Assembly (NCBI GenBank): GCA_963663765.2
Contig: CAXXUA010000005.1
Span: forward strand, 1,728,001-1,792,000
DNA length: 64,000 nt
Source of the DNA: Candidatus Poribacteria bacterium
GTDB lineage: Bacteria > Poribacteria > WGA-4E > WGA-3G
Reading direction: 5' to 3'
The notes beneath the pieces are model-generated. The model was not told where the DNA came from. It made no database searches and was given only the letters and a program-made list of their open reading frames with translations. Numbering within the stretch: the stretch's first letter is position 1; each line of letters starts with the position of its first letter. Shown piece after piece: positions 11,006-20,572 of this stretch. Position numbers and translations under genes: made by a program.

Positions 11006-11080
11006 TACCCCCGACGAGATTTGAACTCGTGTCGCCGCCGTGAAAGGGCGGTGTCCTTGGCCAGGCTAGACGACGGGGGC
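11006..11080 (-). tRNA. tRNA-Glu (TTC)
   Basis: Reverse complement GCCCCCG...CCGCC-CTTTCAC-GGCGG...GTTCAAATC...CGGGGGTA folds as a cloverleaf; CCA not encoded. Confidence 0.95.
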
Positions 11081-11092
11081 GTAATAATTAGG

Positions 11093-11165
11093 TGAGCCGT
11101 ACAGGGATCGAACCTGTGACCCTCTGATTAAAAGTCAGATGCTCTACCAGCTGAGCTAACGGCTC
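11093..11165 (-). tRNA. tRNA-Lys (TTT)
   Basis: Reverse complement GAGCCGTTAGCTCAGCTGGTAGAGCATCTGAC-TTTTAA-TCAGA...GGTTCGATCCC...CGGCTCA. Confidence 0.95.
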
Positions 11166-11181
11166 AAATTCACAATATATT

Positions 11182-11210
11182 ATAATACACGCTTTCTTGG
11201 CAAATGTCAA
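11182..11210 (-). promoter_or_regulatory. sigma70 promoter of the tRNA-Lys/Glu operon
   Basis: TTGACA-N17-TATTAT on the minus strand, 16 nt upstream of tRNA-Lys. Confidence 0.7.
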
Positions 11211-11218
11211 GTTAAAAT

Positions 11219-11339
11219 CAGGATTATTCAGTTTTCCTAATTTTTGGATTTTTCAAAAAAGAAACCCCGCGGTAGGAGCGACCTCACGGTCGCGATTTTC
11301 TCAGGAGATAGCTAAAATGCCAAAAACTGAATAACCCTG
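11219..11339. mobile_element. ISAs1-type MITE (121 bp)
   Basis: CAGGATTATTCAGTTTT...AAAACTGAATAACCCTG ends; flanks AGTTAAAAT/AATTAAAAT (8/9 TSD); homologue at 42170-42290. Confidence 0.7.
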
Positions 11340-11356
11340 AATTAAAATGCAAGAAT

Positions 11357-12260
11357 AGGTGTGTAAAGTTTTTGTAGAAACCCTGATATTATAGTAGATT
11401 TTAGAATTATTTTTACACTTTCAGGTGTAGGAGGGAACTCCGATACCCATAGGCGTCAATTTAAGGATTTTGACCTCTTGTGGGAGGGGTTTTCAACCCC
11501 GAATTTATGCGCTTTTTCTCTCAAATCGGGGTTGAAAACCCCTCCCACAAGAGAAATGACAACAATATGTTCTTAAATTGACGCCTATGAGGAGGGAACT
11601 CCGATACCCGACTGTACGAGGGAACTCCGATACCCGACTATCAAGACGTTCAGTCGCGATTCGGAGATCGCTCCTACAGAACAAGTGTAAACTTAATTGT
11701 ATCAGGACTTACGCACCCAACGGTAGGCGCGCTTTGTAGGCGGGGAATGCCAAAAGGCATTCATACCGTTGATTTCTTGATTTGGTGCTTTGTAAGCGCG
11801 CCCCGAACTCACCCGCAATCCCCTGCAGGCGGGGAATGCCATACGCGCATTCATACCGTTGATTTGGTGCTTTGTAAGCACGCCCCCCAACTGCAATCCC
11901 CTGCAGGCGGGGAATGCCATACGCGCATTCATACCGTTGATTTGGTGCTTTGTAAGCGCGCCCAAACTCACCCGCACTCACCTGCTGGCGGGGAATGCCA
12001 TACGCGCATTCATACCGTTGATTTGGTGCTTTGTAAGCGCGCCCAAACTCAGCCGCACTCACCTGCAGGCGGGGAATGCCATACGCGCATTCATACCGTT
12101 GATTTGGTGCTTTGTAAGCGCGCCGTTCCCAATAGGAGGGAAACCTTTAAATCCCGATTTTCTCACTCAAGGTAGGCGGGGAATGCCTAAATGGCATTCA
12201 TACCGTTGATTTCGCCCTACAATGGAGAGTGGGATGTTTGTGCAAAAACTTTACACACCC
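11357..12260. mobile_element. Non-autonomous ISKra4/ISLre2-type element filled with nested MITEs and repeats
   Basis: Ends (A)GGTGTGTAAAGTTTTTG and CAAAAACTTTACACACCC match IRs of the IS at 43410-44871; 9-bp TSD TGCAAGAAT at 11348-11356 and 12261-12269. Confidence 0.8.
11725..12220. repeat. Tandem ~80-bp units of CTGCAGGC|GTGCTTTGTAAGCGCGCC repeat, each carrying a 36-bp hairpin insertion
   Basis: Direct inspection; ORFs called here are repeat artefacts. Confidence 0.8.
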
Positions 12261-12309
12261 TGCAAGAATTTGGTGCAAGTACAGCGAAATAAGCTATATT
12301 GCAATACAC

Positions 12310-13590
12310 CTACCAGAGCGGGTCACCGAGTTGTACGATCTGATCTCTATCCGGACCGACAGAGATGATTGGGATTGGCACATTAAGATAATCAGCAACG
12401 TATTTTATGTAGTCTCTTGTTCGTTGCGGAATATCATCTGCGGATCGTGCTTCAGTCAACGGTTGTTGCCAACCGGGCAGTGTTTCATATACCGGCTCAC
12501 ATTCTTCCAAAACTTTCAGGCTGCTTGGGAAGGTCGTTGTTTGATTGCCTTTATAGCGGTATGCGACACAGACCTGTAGGTCAGTAAGCGTATCAAACAC
12601 ATCAAGTTTTGTAAGAGCGATGGCGGTTAATCCGTTAATTTGCGTTGCATATCGGAGTGCCACAAGGTCAAGCCAACCGCATCTTCTCGGTCTCTGTGTA
12701 GTTGCTCCGTATTCCTTACCGATATCTCGAATATGTTCATCCAAGTCGGGTGGCATTTCAGTGGGGAATGGTCCGCCGCCAACTCGTGTTACATACGCTT
12801 TTGAAACACCCATTACATTTTCTATGACCTTTGGACCTATACCGAGACCTGTGCATACTGCGCCTGCTGTGCAGTTAGACGATGTAACATAAGGGTATGT
12901 CCCGAAATCAATGTCCAGCATCGTTCCCTGTGCACCTTCAAACAAAATCCTTTTGTCTGCAGCGAGGACTTCGTGCATATATGCGACCGTGTCTGTAATG
13001 TATGGCGTAATTCGCTCCGCATATTTATAGAATGTTTCCACAAGTGAATGCCGAGTGACATCCCCAATCTTGAGTGCGTCTGCTTTGGTCTCAAGGTTGT
13101 AATCAAGTTTCTTTTGGAAATGGTCAAACTCCAGCAGATCACCGACGCGAATACCTGCATGCCTGTTCATTTTATCGGAGTAGGTCGGTCCAATGCCGCG
13201 TGATGTCGTCCCGATTTTCGTTGAACTTCCCATCTGTTCCCACTGCTCAACCATTTTGTGGTAAGGCATGATAAGGTGTGCCCGGTCACTGATCTTCAGA
13301 TTTTCGCTACTGACTTCAACACCTTGTGCTTCCAGTCCATCAATCTCGCGTAAGAGGGTTTCCAAATTGATCACCAAACCATTACCGATAACGTTCACGG
13401 TGTTTGGTCTGAGAATACCGGATGGAATCAGATGAAGAATGAAGGTTTTATCACCAAGGACGATAGTGTGTCCGGCATTATCACCGCCTTGATAACGTGC
13501 GACGACATCTGCGTGTTCAGCGAACACATCGGTGAGTTTTCCTTTGCTCTCATCGCCCCATTGTGCACCTAAGATAACAATGTTTGACAT
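12310..13590 (-). CDS. purA: Adenylosuccinate synthetase
   Basis: 'GAQWGDESKGK', 'FEGAQGTMLDIDFGTYPYVTSS', 'EYGATTQRPRRCGWLD', 'TKLDV'. Confidence 0.97.
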   Translation of the reverse strand: MSNIVILGAQWGDESKGKLTDVFAEHADVVARYQGGDNAGHTIVLGDKTFILHLIPSGILRPNTVNVIGNGLVINLETLLREIDGLEAQGVEVSSENLKISDRAHLIMPYHKMVEQWEQMGSSTKIGTTSRGIGPTYSDKMNRHAGIRVGDLLEFDHFQKKLDYNLETKADALKIGDVTRHSLVETFYKYAERITPYITDTVAYMHEVLAADKRILFEGAQGTMLDIDFGTYPYVTSSNCTAGAVCTGLGIGPKVIENVMGVSKAYVTRVGGGPFPTEMPPDLDEHIRDIGKEYGATTQRPRRCGWLDLVALRYATQINGLTAIALTKLDVFDTLTDLQVCVAYRYKGNQTTTFPSSLKVLEECEPVYETLPGWQQPLTEARSADDIPQRTRDYIKYVADYLNVPIPIISVGPDRDQIVQLGDPLW

Positions 13591-13768
13591 ACAAATCCTA
13601 ACTGATTAAGCGTCGTGAATCGGAGAACGCTTCTACTCTGTTGTTCAAGCTTAAATATGGGTTATAGATCGCGACCGGGAGGCCGCTCCTACAGAAGAAT
13701 AAGTCCTGATTCGGAGGTAGTTCCTAATAAAAAGGTCGCGATACGGAGATTGTTCTTGCAGAAGAGCA

Positions 13769-14164
13769 TTAACGTTTTGAGAATTGGAAACGTGCGCGTG
13801 CACCTTTTTGTCCAAATTTCTTTCGCTCAACCATCCGTGAGTCGCGTGTTAGAAATCCGCCCTTTTTCAATGGCGGTTTCAACGACTCGTCTGCTTTCAC
13901 GAGCGCGCGTGCAAGACCATGCGAAATAGCACCAGCTTGCCCTGTATTGCCACCGCCACGGACATTCACATGGACAGCGAATTCACCTGTACGCTCAACG
14001 TGCTCAATTGGACGGCGTGCAACCTGTATATGGTCAGAACGGTCGAAATAATCCTCAATAGGTTTCTTGTTGACAACAATGCCGCCTTCACCTCCGGGTA
14101 TGATTCGTACGCGTGCGACTGATGTTTTACGTCTACCGGTTCCCCAATATTGTTCAATTGCCAT
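13769..14164 (-). CDS. rpsI: 30S ribosomal protein S9
   Basis: '[12 protein letters not shown]', '[11 protein letters not shown]', C-terminal '[19 protein letters not shown]'; start moved to ATG 14164. Confidence 0.97.
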   Translation of the reverse strand: MAIEQYWGTGRRKTSVARVRIIPGGEGGIVVNKKPIEDYFDRSDHIQVARRPIEHVERTGEFAVHVNVRGGGNTGQAGAISHGLARALVKADESLKPPLKKGGFLTRDSRMVERKKFGQKGARARFQFSKR

Positions 14165-14179
14165 ATTATTCCTCAACTG

Positions 14180-14617
14180 TTAGAAAGTTAAAACTTCTGG
14201 TTCTTGTGCTTGGTGCGGATGGTTCGGACCTTTGTAAACTCGTAACCCCTTCATCAACTTTGCGCCGAGACTGTTCTTGGGTATCATGCCTTTGACAGCA
14301 GCAGTGATAATAAACGCTGGGTTGCGCTCCATCTGTTCGTTATAGGTTCTATATCTATCACCACCGGGATACCCACTATAACGGAAATATGTTTTCTGTT
14401 CACCCTTATTTCCAGTGACAACGACCTTCTCTGCGTTAATCACAGCAACACGGTACCCTAAATCGGCATGCGGTGTGAAACTGGGGTCGTGTTTTCCTCT
14501 GAGTACTTGTGCAATTCGGGACGCTAAACGTCCAAGCACCTGTCCTTCCGCATCTACGATATACCACTTAACCTGTTTATCGTCTTTAGGGAAGTAGGTT
14601 TTTGTTTTCAATACCAT
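14180..14617 (-). CDS. rplM: 50S ribosomal protein L13
   Basis: 'WYIVDAEGQVLGRLASRIAQVLRGKH', 'GYPGG', 'HPHQAQEP'; upstream of rpsI. Confidence 0.97.
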   Translation of the reverse strand: MVLKTKTYFPKDDKQVKWYIVDAEGQVLGRLASRIAQVLRGKHDPSFTPHADLGYRVAVINAEKVVVTGNKGEQKTYFRYSGYPGGDRYRTYNEQMERNPAFIITAAVKGMIPKNSLGAKLMKGLRVYKGPNHPHQAQEPEVLTF

Positions 14618-14680
14618 AATTCTTGACCTTCTCTGAAAATACTTGTATTCCTGATGTTTTCTGTTTTCACGTATAATTGT

Positions 14681-14709
14681 ATTATACTATATAAAGTTTG
14701 TGTTGTCAA
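14681..14709 (-). promoter_or_regulatory. sigma70 promoter of rplM-rpsI
   Basis: Perfect TTGACA-N17-TATAAT on the minus strand. Confidence 0.8.
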
Positions 14710-14721
14710 AATTAATTAAGG

Positions 14722-15666
14722 TAAAGTTATTTTCTTTTAGTAGCTTTTGCAGATATTTATAACATTCGTGAATTAGATGCGTAGGTCGGGTAGAGCGATA
14801 GCGAAACCCATAGGTGTCAACTTAAGAAAATATTGTTGGCATATTCTCTTGTGGGAGGGGTTTGTAACCCCGATTTGATAGGTGTCAACTTAAGAAAATA
14901 TTGTTGGCATATTCTCTTGTGGGAGGGGTTTGTAACCCCGATTTGATAGGTGTCAACTTAAGAAAATATTGTTGGCATATTCTCTTGTGGGAGGGGTTTG
15001 TAACCCCGATTTGATAGGTGTCAACTTAAGAAAATATTGTTGGCATATTCTCTTGTGGGAGGGGTTTGTAACCCCGATTTGAGTGGAAATGAACATAAAA
15101 TCGGGGTTGAAAACCCCTCCCACAAGAGGTCAGAATCCTTAAGTTGACACCTATGGGTAGAGCGATAGCGAAACCCGACATGTATTGATTGTAGTTGTCA
15201 TGTCGGGTTTCGCTATCGCTCTACCCATAGGTGTCAACTTAGCGATTCATATTATTGTAGGAGGGAAACCTTGAAATCCCGATTTTCTCACTCAAGGTAG
15301 ACGTGCTTTGTAAGCGCGCCCCCTAACTGCACTCACCTGCAGGCGTGTTTTGTAAGCGCGCCCCGCACTCACCCGCACTCAACTGCAGGCGTGCTTTGTA
15401 AGCGCGCCCCGCAACTGCAGACGTGCTTTGTAAGCGCGCACCTCAACTGCAGGCGTGCTTTGTAAGCGCGCCGTTGCCAATCCTGTGTTTATCGGCGCAC
15501 TTACAAAGCACGCCTACCGAGATGGGGTATTTAGCACTTGACTTTTTCTTAAGTTGACACCTATGGGTTTCGCTATCGCTCTACCCGATCTTCGATATAA
15601 ACTCTAAGTAACACCCATCAACTGTAACACCCATCAACTGATAATTCTTAAAACTGAATAACCCTG
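14722..15666. mobile_element. ISAs1-type MITE with two nested family-C MITEs (14810-15154, 15227-15564) and a 4 x 68-bp tandem repeat
   Basis: Right IR AAAACTGAATAACCCTG, degenerate left IR, 9-bp TSD TAATTAAGG at 14713-14721 and 15667-15675; inverse homologue of 23707-24071. Confidence 0.75.
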
Positions 15667-15669
15667 TAA

Positions 15670-16422
15670 TTAAGGTATGAGGATACGTCCTCCACTGGCA
15701 ATTATTGTCGCACCAGTTATATAACTGGCTTCCTCACTCAATAGGAATGCAATCACATTCGCCATCTCATCGGGGTTTCCGAGTCTACCAAGAGGTGTCG
15801 TAGAACGGAGTTGCTCCACCATGTCTGGTGATACCTCGCTTAGCATATCTGTGTCAATTGCCCCTGGTGCTACAGAATTGATGCGGATGTTGTGTTTTGC
15901 AAGCGGTTCACAACACGATTTTGTCAGTGAAATTATCCCTGCTTTTGCAGCTGCATAAGGCAATTGATCGGGACGTACTGCTAACGCTGCTATTGACGAC
16001 ACATTGACAATCCGTCCGAACTTCCTTTCTATCATGCCATCCTTCACTGCCCATAGTACATTGAACGGTCCTGTAAGATTGATAGAGATGATTCGGTCCC
16101 AGTGTTCTGGTTTCAGTTCATCAAAGGTCACATCACCGACATTCCCCGCATTATTGACTAATAGATCAATTCTACCAAATTCTTTGTTCACCTCTGAAAC
16201 CATTTTCTTTACAGCGTCTCTGTCCGCGATTTCGGCTTGGATAGGTAATGCTTTTTGTTGGTATTCACGTTTAATTTCAGCGCAGACATTCTCTGCCTTA
16301 TCAGATGCTCTGGAATAATGCACAGCAACTGATGCCCCTTCGCTTGCAAGTTTAAATGCAGTTGCTTTACCAATTCCGCGGCTTGCCCCGGTTACCAGAG
16401 CAACCTTTTTCTGAAATCGCAT
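15670..16422 (-). CDS. SDR family NAD(P)-dependent oxidoreductase (FabG-like)
   Basis: 'TGASRGIG', 'LVNNAG', 'YAAAK', 'NSVAPG'. Confidence 0.92.
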   Translation of the reverse strand: MRFQKKVALVTGASRGIGKATAFKLASEGASVAVHYSRASDKAENVCAEIKREYQQKALPIQAEIADRDAVKKMVSEVNKEFGRIDLLVNNAGNVGDVTFDELKPEHWDRIISINLTGPFNVLWAVKDGMIERKFGRIVNVSSIAALAVRPDQLPYAAAKAGIISLTKSCCEPLAKHNIRINSVAPGAIDTDMLSEVSPDMVEQLRSTTPLGRLGNPDEMANVIAFLLSEEASYITGATIIASGGRILIP

Positions 16423-16481
16423 TCGTATTTTCTCCTATATTCCAAAGCGAATTTTGCCTTCCTGTAGAGAATATTTATTAA

Positions 16482-17273
16482 CTAATCATTTTCGGGGATG
16501 CTTTCATCTACATCAGGTGTAACAGGATCGTCAATCTCAAGCATTCTGTACCATGATTCAAAATTGAGTTCGGATTGTCCCCACTGAAAATTGTAGTGAA
16601 ATGAATATGGAACTGCATATCGAGTTTCAAAGAGTTTTTCTGAAACGGCGATTCTTTTACCATTGATGTGAAGATAGACATCAGCAACCGTTCGTTCTGC
16701 GTAGGTTCCGAAATCAGGATTCCGGATTTCTATTGTGAGTGGAAATTGGTCAATCTTAGATTGTTCAACGAGACTTCTTAGAAAATCCCTTGCTTCCAAT
16801 CCTCGTTCCTTTGCCCGATCGCGTTCTTCTTCGGGATACTTACTCGATCTTCTTACTTCTGATGCATCAACATCTCTAAAACGAATATTTGTTAGGATAT
16901 AGATTCCATCTTCACGTTTTTGTAGACCTGGCCAAGCATCAAAATCTGCAGGCATCGGTCCGGATTTATATTCGTGAAATAAGATCAACACTCTGTTTAT
17001 CGTATCAGCATCGTAGACATCATCTATGTGAGCAATGCTTCCATAGTAGATAGGTTCACCTTCTTCGTATTCAATTTTTGAGAAGGTTTTACATGTGAAA
17101 TAGATTGCAGTTTCATCTTCAGTGAGTGTACACTGATTATTGTTGTAATAGATTTTTTTGCCATAAACGTTTGCTTCGTCACAACTAATGAGTAATACGG
17201 CACAGAATATTGTGATGATTAACATTAGGTGATGACTAAAATGTTTTCGTTTATGGTAGATTCTATTCTTCAT
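16482..17273 (-). CDS. Thermonuclease (SNase-like) family lipoprotein
   Basis: Lipobox 'LLISC'; 'VYDADTI', 'IRFRDVDASE', 'GLEARDFLRSL', 'TYAERTVADVY' correspond to SNase motifs. Confidence 0.65.
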   Translation of the reverse strand: MKNRIYHKRKHFSHHLMLIITIFCAVLLISCDEANVYGKKIYYNNNQCTLTEDETAIYFTCKTFSKIEYEEGEPIYYGSIAHIDDVYDADTINRVLILFHEYKSGPMPADFDAWPGLQKREDGIYILTNIRFRDVDASEVRRSSKYPEEERDRAKERGLEARDFLRSLVEQSKIDQFPLTIEIRNPDFGTYAERTVADVYLHINGKRIAVSEKLFETRYAVPYSFHYNFQWGQSELNFESWYRMLEIDDPVTPDVDESIPEND

Positions 17274-17555
17274 CGGTTATGTTTCCTCTACCGATACCCG
17301 CGCCTCCCATACCGAGGTAGGTGACTTGCAGTACTGTTCGTCCTAATCTACGTTTTGGTAGCGGACCAGTTTGTATTGACATAAGTTATACTCTTGCTTA
17401 GTCAACATACTATTGTAGGTTGAGATTCGGAGATCGCTCCTACAGAAGTCTTGTGTATTGTGTGTATTGTAGGAGGGAACTCCGATTCCCGACTACTTTT
17501 TAGACCCATCAATAAATACTTGACTAAGCACTCTTCACTTCAACGCACAAACTCG

Positions 17556-18317
17556 TTAGATGACACCGATGTCTTTTAAATGCTGCAACGAATTTGCGAC
17601 CCGTGCCTTTGCACCTGCTTCATCAAGGTTTTCACCCTCAATTCCTTCCAATTCCATCGTGAAGGGACCATAGAAACCGACATCGTTCAATGTTTGGAAT
17701 ACTGCTTTGTAATCAACGACTCCTTCACCGAGTGCGGGAAAATGCCATGTCCGATAACCTCCGTTAGTATCCTTGAGATGAACAGCACCGACATAATCAA
17801 CAATCTTCTGTACCTCTGTGACAGCGTCAATATTGTGATTATAGAAATAGACGTTACCAGTATCAAAGTTAACACGGATATTCGGATGGTTGACAGCTTT
17901 CATCGTTTCAAGGGCAATATCCCCATTGTGAATCAGATCTGGGTGTGTTTCTAAACAGACATTTACATCCAAAGGTTCGGCATTTTCTCCGATAGCGCGT
18001 AGTCGATCGTATACTGCGTTTCGGTCTGTTTCTCCCGCATGAACACTGGCAAAGATTACTTTCACGCCCATTTCATTTGCAACATTTAATGTTGGTTGGA
18101 AGTCCTCAACGACTGTCTCTGATTGGATGTCACACCTACCGAGTAGACTGGTAGCAGTAAGTCCATGCGATTTCAATTCGGCTTGTAACGCTTCAACACC
18201 GTCAGTCGAAGGGACACCGATTTCAACATTCGTCAAACCGATTTCGGCTAAGTGTGCATAAGCAGTCGCACCAAACTGTCTATAACTTCCTAAATTACAT
18301 GCTATGATATTTTTCAT
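17556..18317 (-). CDS. Sugar phosphate isomerase/epimerase (xylose-isomerase-like TIM barrel)
   Basis: 'CLETH', 'NFDTGN', 'VHLKD', 'LGEGVVDY', 'TMELE'. Confidence 0.88.
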   Translation of the reverse strand: MKNIIACNLGSYRQFGATAYAHLAEIGLTNVEIGVPSTDGVEALQAELKSHGLTATSLLGRCDIQSETVVEDFQPTLNVANEMGVKVIFASVHAGETDRNAVYDRLRAIGENAEPLDVNVCLETHPDLIHNGDIALETMKAVNHPNIRVNFDTGNVYFYNHNIDAVTEVQKIVDYVGAVHLKDTNGGYRTWHFPALGEGVVDYKAVFQTLNDVGFYGPFTMELEGIEGENLDEAGAKARVANSLQHLKDIGVI

Positions 18318-18613
18318 TTAATCCTCCCGAGAATGATTGTAATAATCGTTTTGTTGATTCAAAATTATACCAATTCAAATAAATCTTGTCTCATTAAGGA
18401 ATTCTAATGTTTACTGGCAGGGGGTTACTCTCTTCGGTAGGAGCGACCTCCCGGTCGCGAACGGGAGGTCGCTCCTACAAGATTTCCGCTGCTAATGAGA
18501 CATTATCACATGAAAATGGTATTACTTTTCTAAAGACTGACAAATTTCAGACATACCGCTCCGCTGGAGCGGAATTAAGGAACTATTTTTTCTATAAACA
18601 TATCGCTCTGCTG

Positions 18614-19517
18614 CAGGGTTATTCAGTTTTAGGAGCTTTCTGTTATTGAGATTTACTGAAAGTTAATACCCAAAAGAGGTTTCCTAACTGCACCTTATAC
18701 ATCAATTTTAGATTCTTGAAACATGAACATCGCTCTTTAGTCCCGACAAATGCCATACGGGGAATGCCTAAATGGCATTCATACCGTTGATTTGGCGCAT
18801 TTGGCGTTGATTTGGTAGGGACGATATGTTTATAGAAAACGAATACACTCCACAACTCTTTAGTCCCGTAGGGACGATATGTTTATAGAAAACGAATACA
18901 CTCCACAACTCTTTAGTCCCGTAGGGACGATATGTTTATAGAAAACGAATACACTCCACAACTCTTTAGTCCCGTAGGGACGATATGTTTATAGAAAACG
19001 AATACACTCCACAACTCTTTAGTCCCGTAGGGACGATATGTTTATAGAAAACGAATACACTCCACAACTCTTTAGTCCCGTAGGGACGATATGTTTATAG
19101 AAAACGAATACACTCCACAACTCTTTAGTCCCGTAGGGACGATATGTTTATAGAAAACGAATACACTCCACAACTCTTTAGTCCCGTAGGGACGATATGT
19201 TTTTTCTTCTATGCCGTTCCTACTGAACTCAAGAGAGTTAGATAATACCAATTCAAATAAATCTTGTCTCATTAAGGAATTCTAATGTTTACTGGCAGGG
19301 GGTTACTCTCTTCGGTAGGAGCGACCTCCCGGTCGCGACCGAGAGTCACTCCTACAAGATTTCCGCTGCTAATGAGACATTATCACATGAAAATGGTATA
19401 ACATTTTTCTATAAACATGTCGTCCCTACGGGACTAAAGACACGGACAAGATGGCAACATATAAAATTAACGTCATAGCAAAAAATCATCAAAAATACCT
19501 AAAACAAAATAATCTTG
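18614..19517. mobile_element. ISAs1-type MITE with nested repeats; inverse homologue at 61836-62299
   Basis: CAGGGTTATTCAGTTTT left IR, degenerate right IR; flanks GCTCTGCTG/GCTCCGCTG (8/9 TSD). Confidence 0.7.
18815..19200. repeat. Tandem repeat, 7 identical 53-bp units plus a partial (GTAGGGACGATATGTTTATAGAAAACGAATACACTCCACAACTCTTTAGTCCC)
   Basis: Unit starts at 18815, 18868, 18921, 18974, 19027, 19080, 19133, 19186. Confidence 0.9.
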
Positions 19518-19570
19518 GCTCCGCTGGAGCGAAAAAGAAGGTATTTTGAATACATGGTAGATTATAGATT

Positions 19571-20572
19571 TTACGGAATTTTACGTAGTATTGTATTACC
19601 TAAAAGGATTTCAAGTCCTAATAGCAGGGCAGCGGGAATTAGAAAATATGCTGCTAATTCCGTGTGTTCCGTATAGGTAATAACCTTAAATTTCGTTTTT
19701 TCAAGTTGGTCAATTTCTGCATAGACGTGTTTCAACGATTGCGAGTCTGTTGCGCGAAAATAACGTGCTTCCGTTGTATTTGAAATCAGTTTGAGTGTTG
19801 CTTCATCCAGATATGTTAGAATATCTGTATACCGTTTCCCGAAAGTTGTATCTTCGTAGGGGATGCGTGTTCCGCCTTCCTTTCCTAACCCGATAGTATA
19901 AACCCGAATATTGAAGGACTTAGCCAACATTGCAGCAGTTTCGGGGTCAATTGTTCCTGCGTTGTTTTCACCATCAGTCAACAAGATGACGATCTTGGTT
20001 TTGGTGTCTGATGTTCGCAAGCGGTGCGTTGTCGTAGCGATTGCGTCACCGATAGCAGTGCCTTGTTGCAGCTGCCCACCCATTTCAACTTCAACATTTT
20101 CGAGTAATCCAATTAAGACCGAATAATCCATTGTAAGTGGACATAAAGTGAAACTTTCACCAGAGAATACGACCAATCCAATTCGGTCATTTTGTCGCAG
20201 TTTTAGAAAATCACGAATAACCGATTTTGCTGTTTGTAGCCGGTTTGTATCTTTTGCATCTTCCGCTCGCATGCTATCAGAGACATCCAGTGCTAAGAAG
20301 ATATTGATACCTTCGGCAAAGCGGTGTTGTTGACTTTGAGAGAGTTGTGGTCGTGCAAGAACAAAAATGAGAAGTGCTATGACGACGAATCTTGTTATCT
20401 TCAGCATCGGTAGCAGCTTAACAGCATAAGTTCGCGGTAGTTGTCGGACAGCATCAATATTTGAGAAGCGGATGACAGGTAGTTTACCCCGTTTATGTTG
20501 ACTCCATAGATATATTGCTAATAGCGGTAAGAGTATATATAGACTGAGGAAAATTGGAGATGCAAGAAACAT
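19571..20572 (-). CDS. VWA domain membrane protein (BatA-like)
   Basis: MIDAS 'LDVSDSM', 'DRIGLVVF', 'GTAIGDAI', 'LLTDGENNAG'; N- and C-terminal TM helices. Confidence 0.88.
   Translation of the reverse strand: MFLASPIFLSLYILLPLLAIYLWSQHKRGKLPVIRFSNIDAVRQLPRTYAVKLLPMLKITRFVVIALLIFVLARPQLSQSQQHRFAEGINIFLALDVSDSMRAEDAKDTNRLQTAKSVIRDFLKLRQNDRIGLVVFSGESFTLCPLTMDYSVLIGLLENVEVEMGGQLQQGTAIGDAIATTTHRLRTSDTKTKIVILLTDGENNAGTIDPETAAMLAKSFNIRVYTIGLGKEGGTRIPYEDTTFGKRYTDILTYLDEATLKLISNTTEARYFRATDSQSLKHVYAEIDQLEKTKFKVITYTEHTELAAYFLIPAALLLGLEILLGNTILRKIP

Noticed and set aside
17280-17395. Possible riboswitch or structured leader upstream of the SNase-like gene
   Set aside because: GC-rich with small hairpins, but I could not match it to any known riboswitch consensus; needs an Rfam/Infernal search
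18815-19200. Possible CRISPR array (also 40345-40790, 41750-42035, 11725-12220)
   Set aside because: The putative spacers are identical or nearly so and no cas genes are present; these are tandem REP-like repeats
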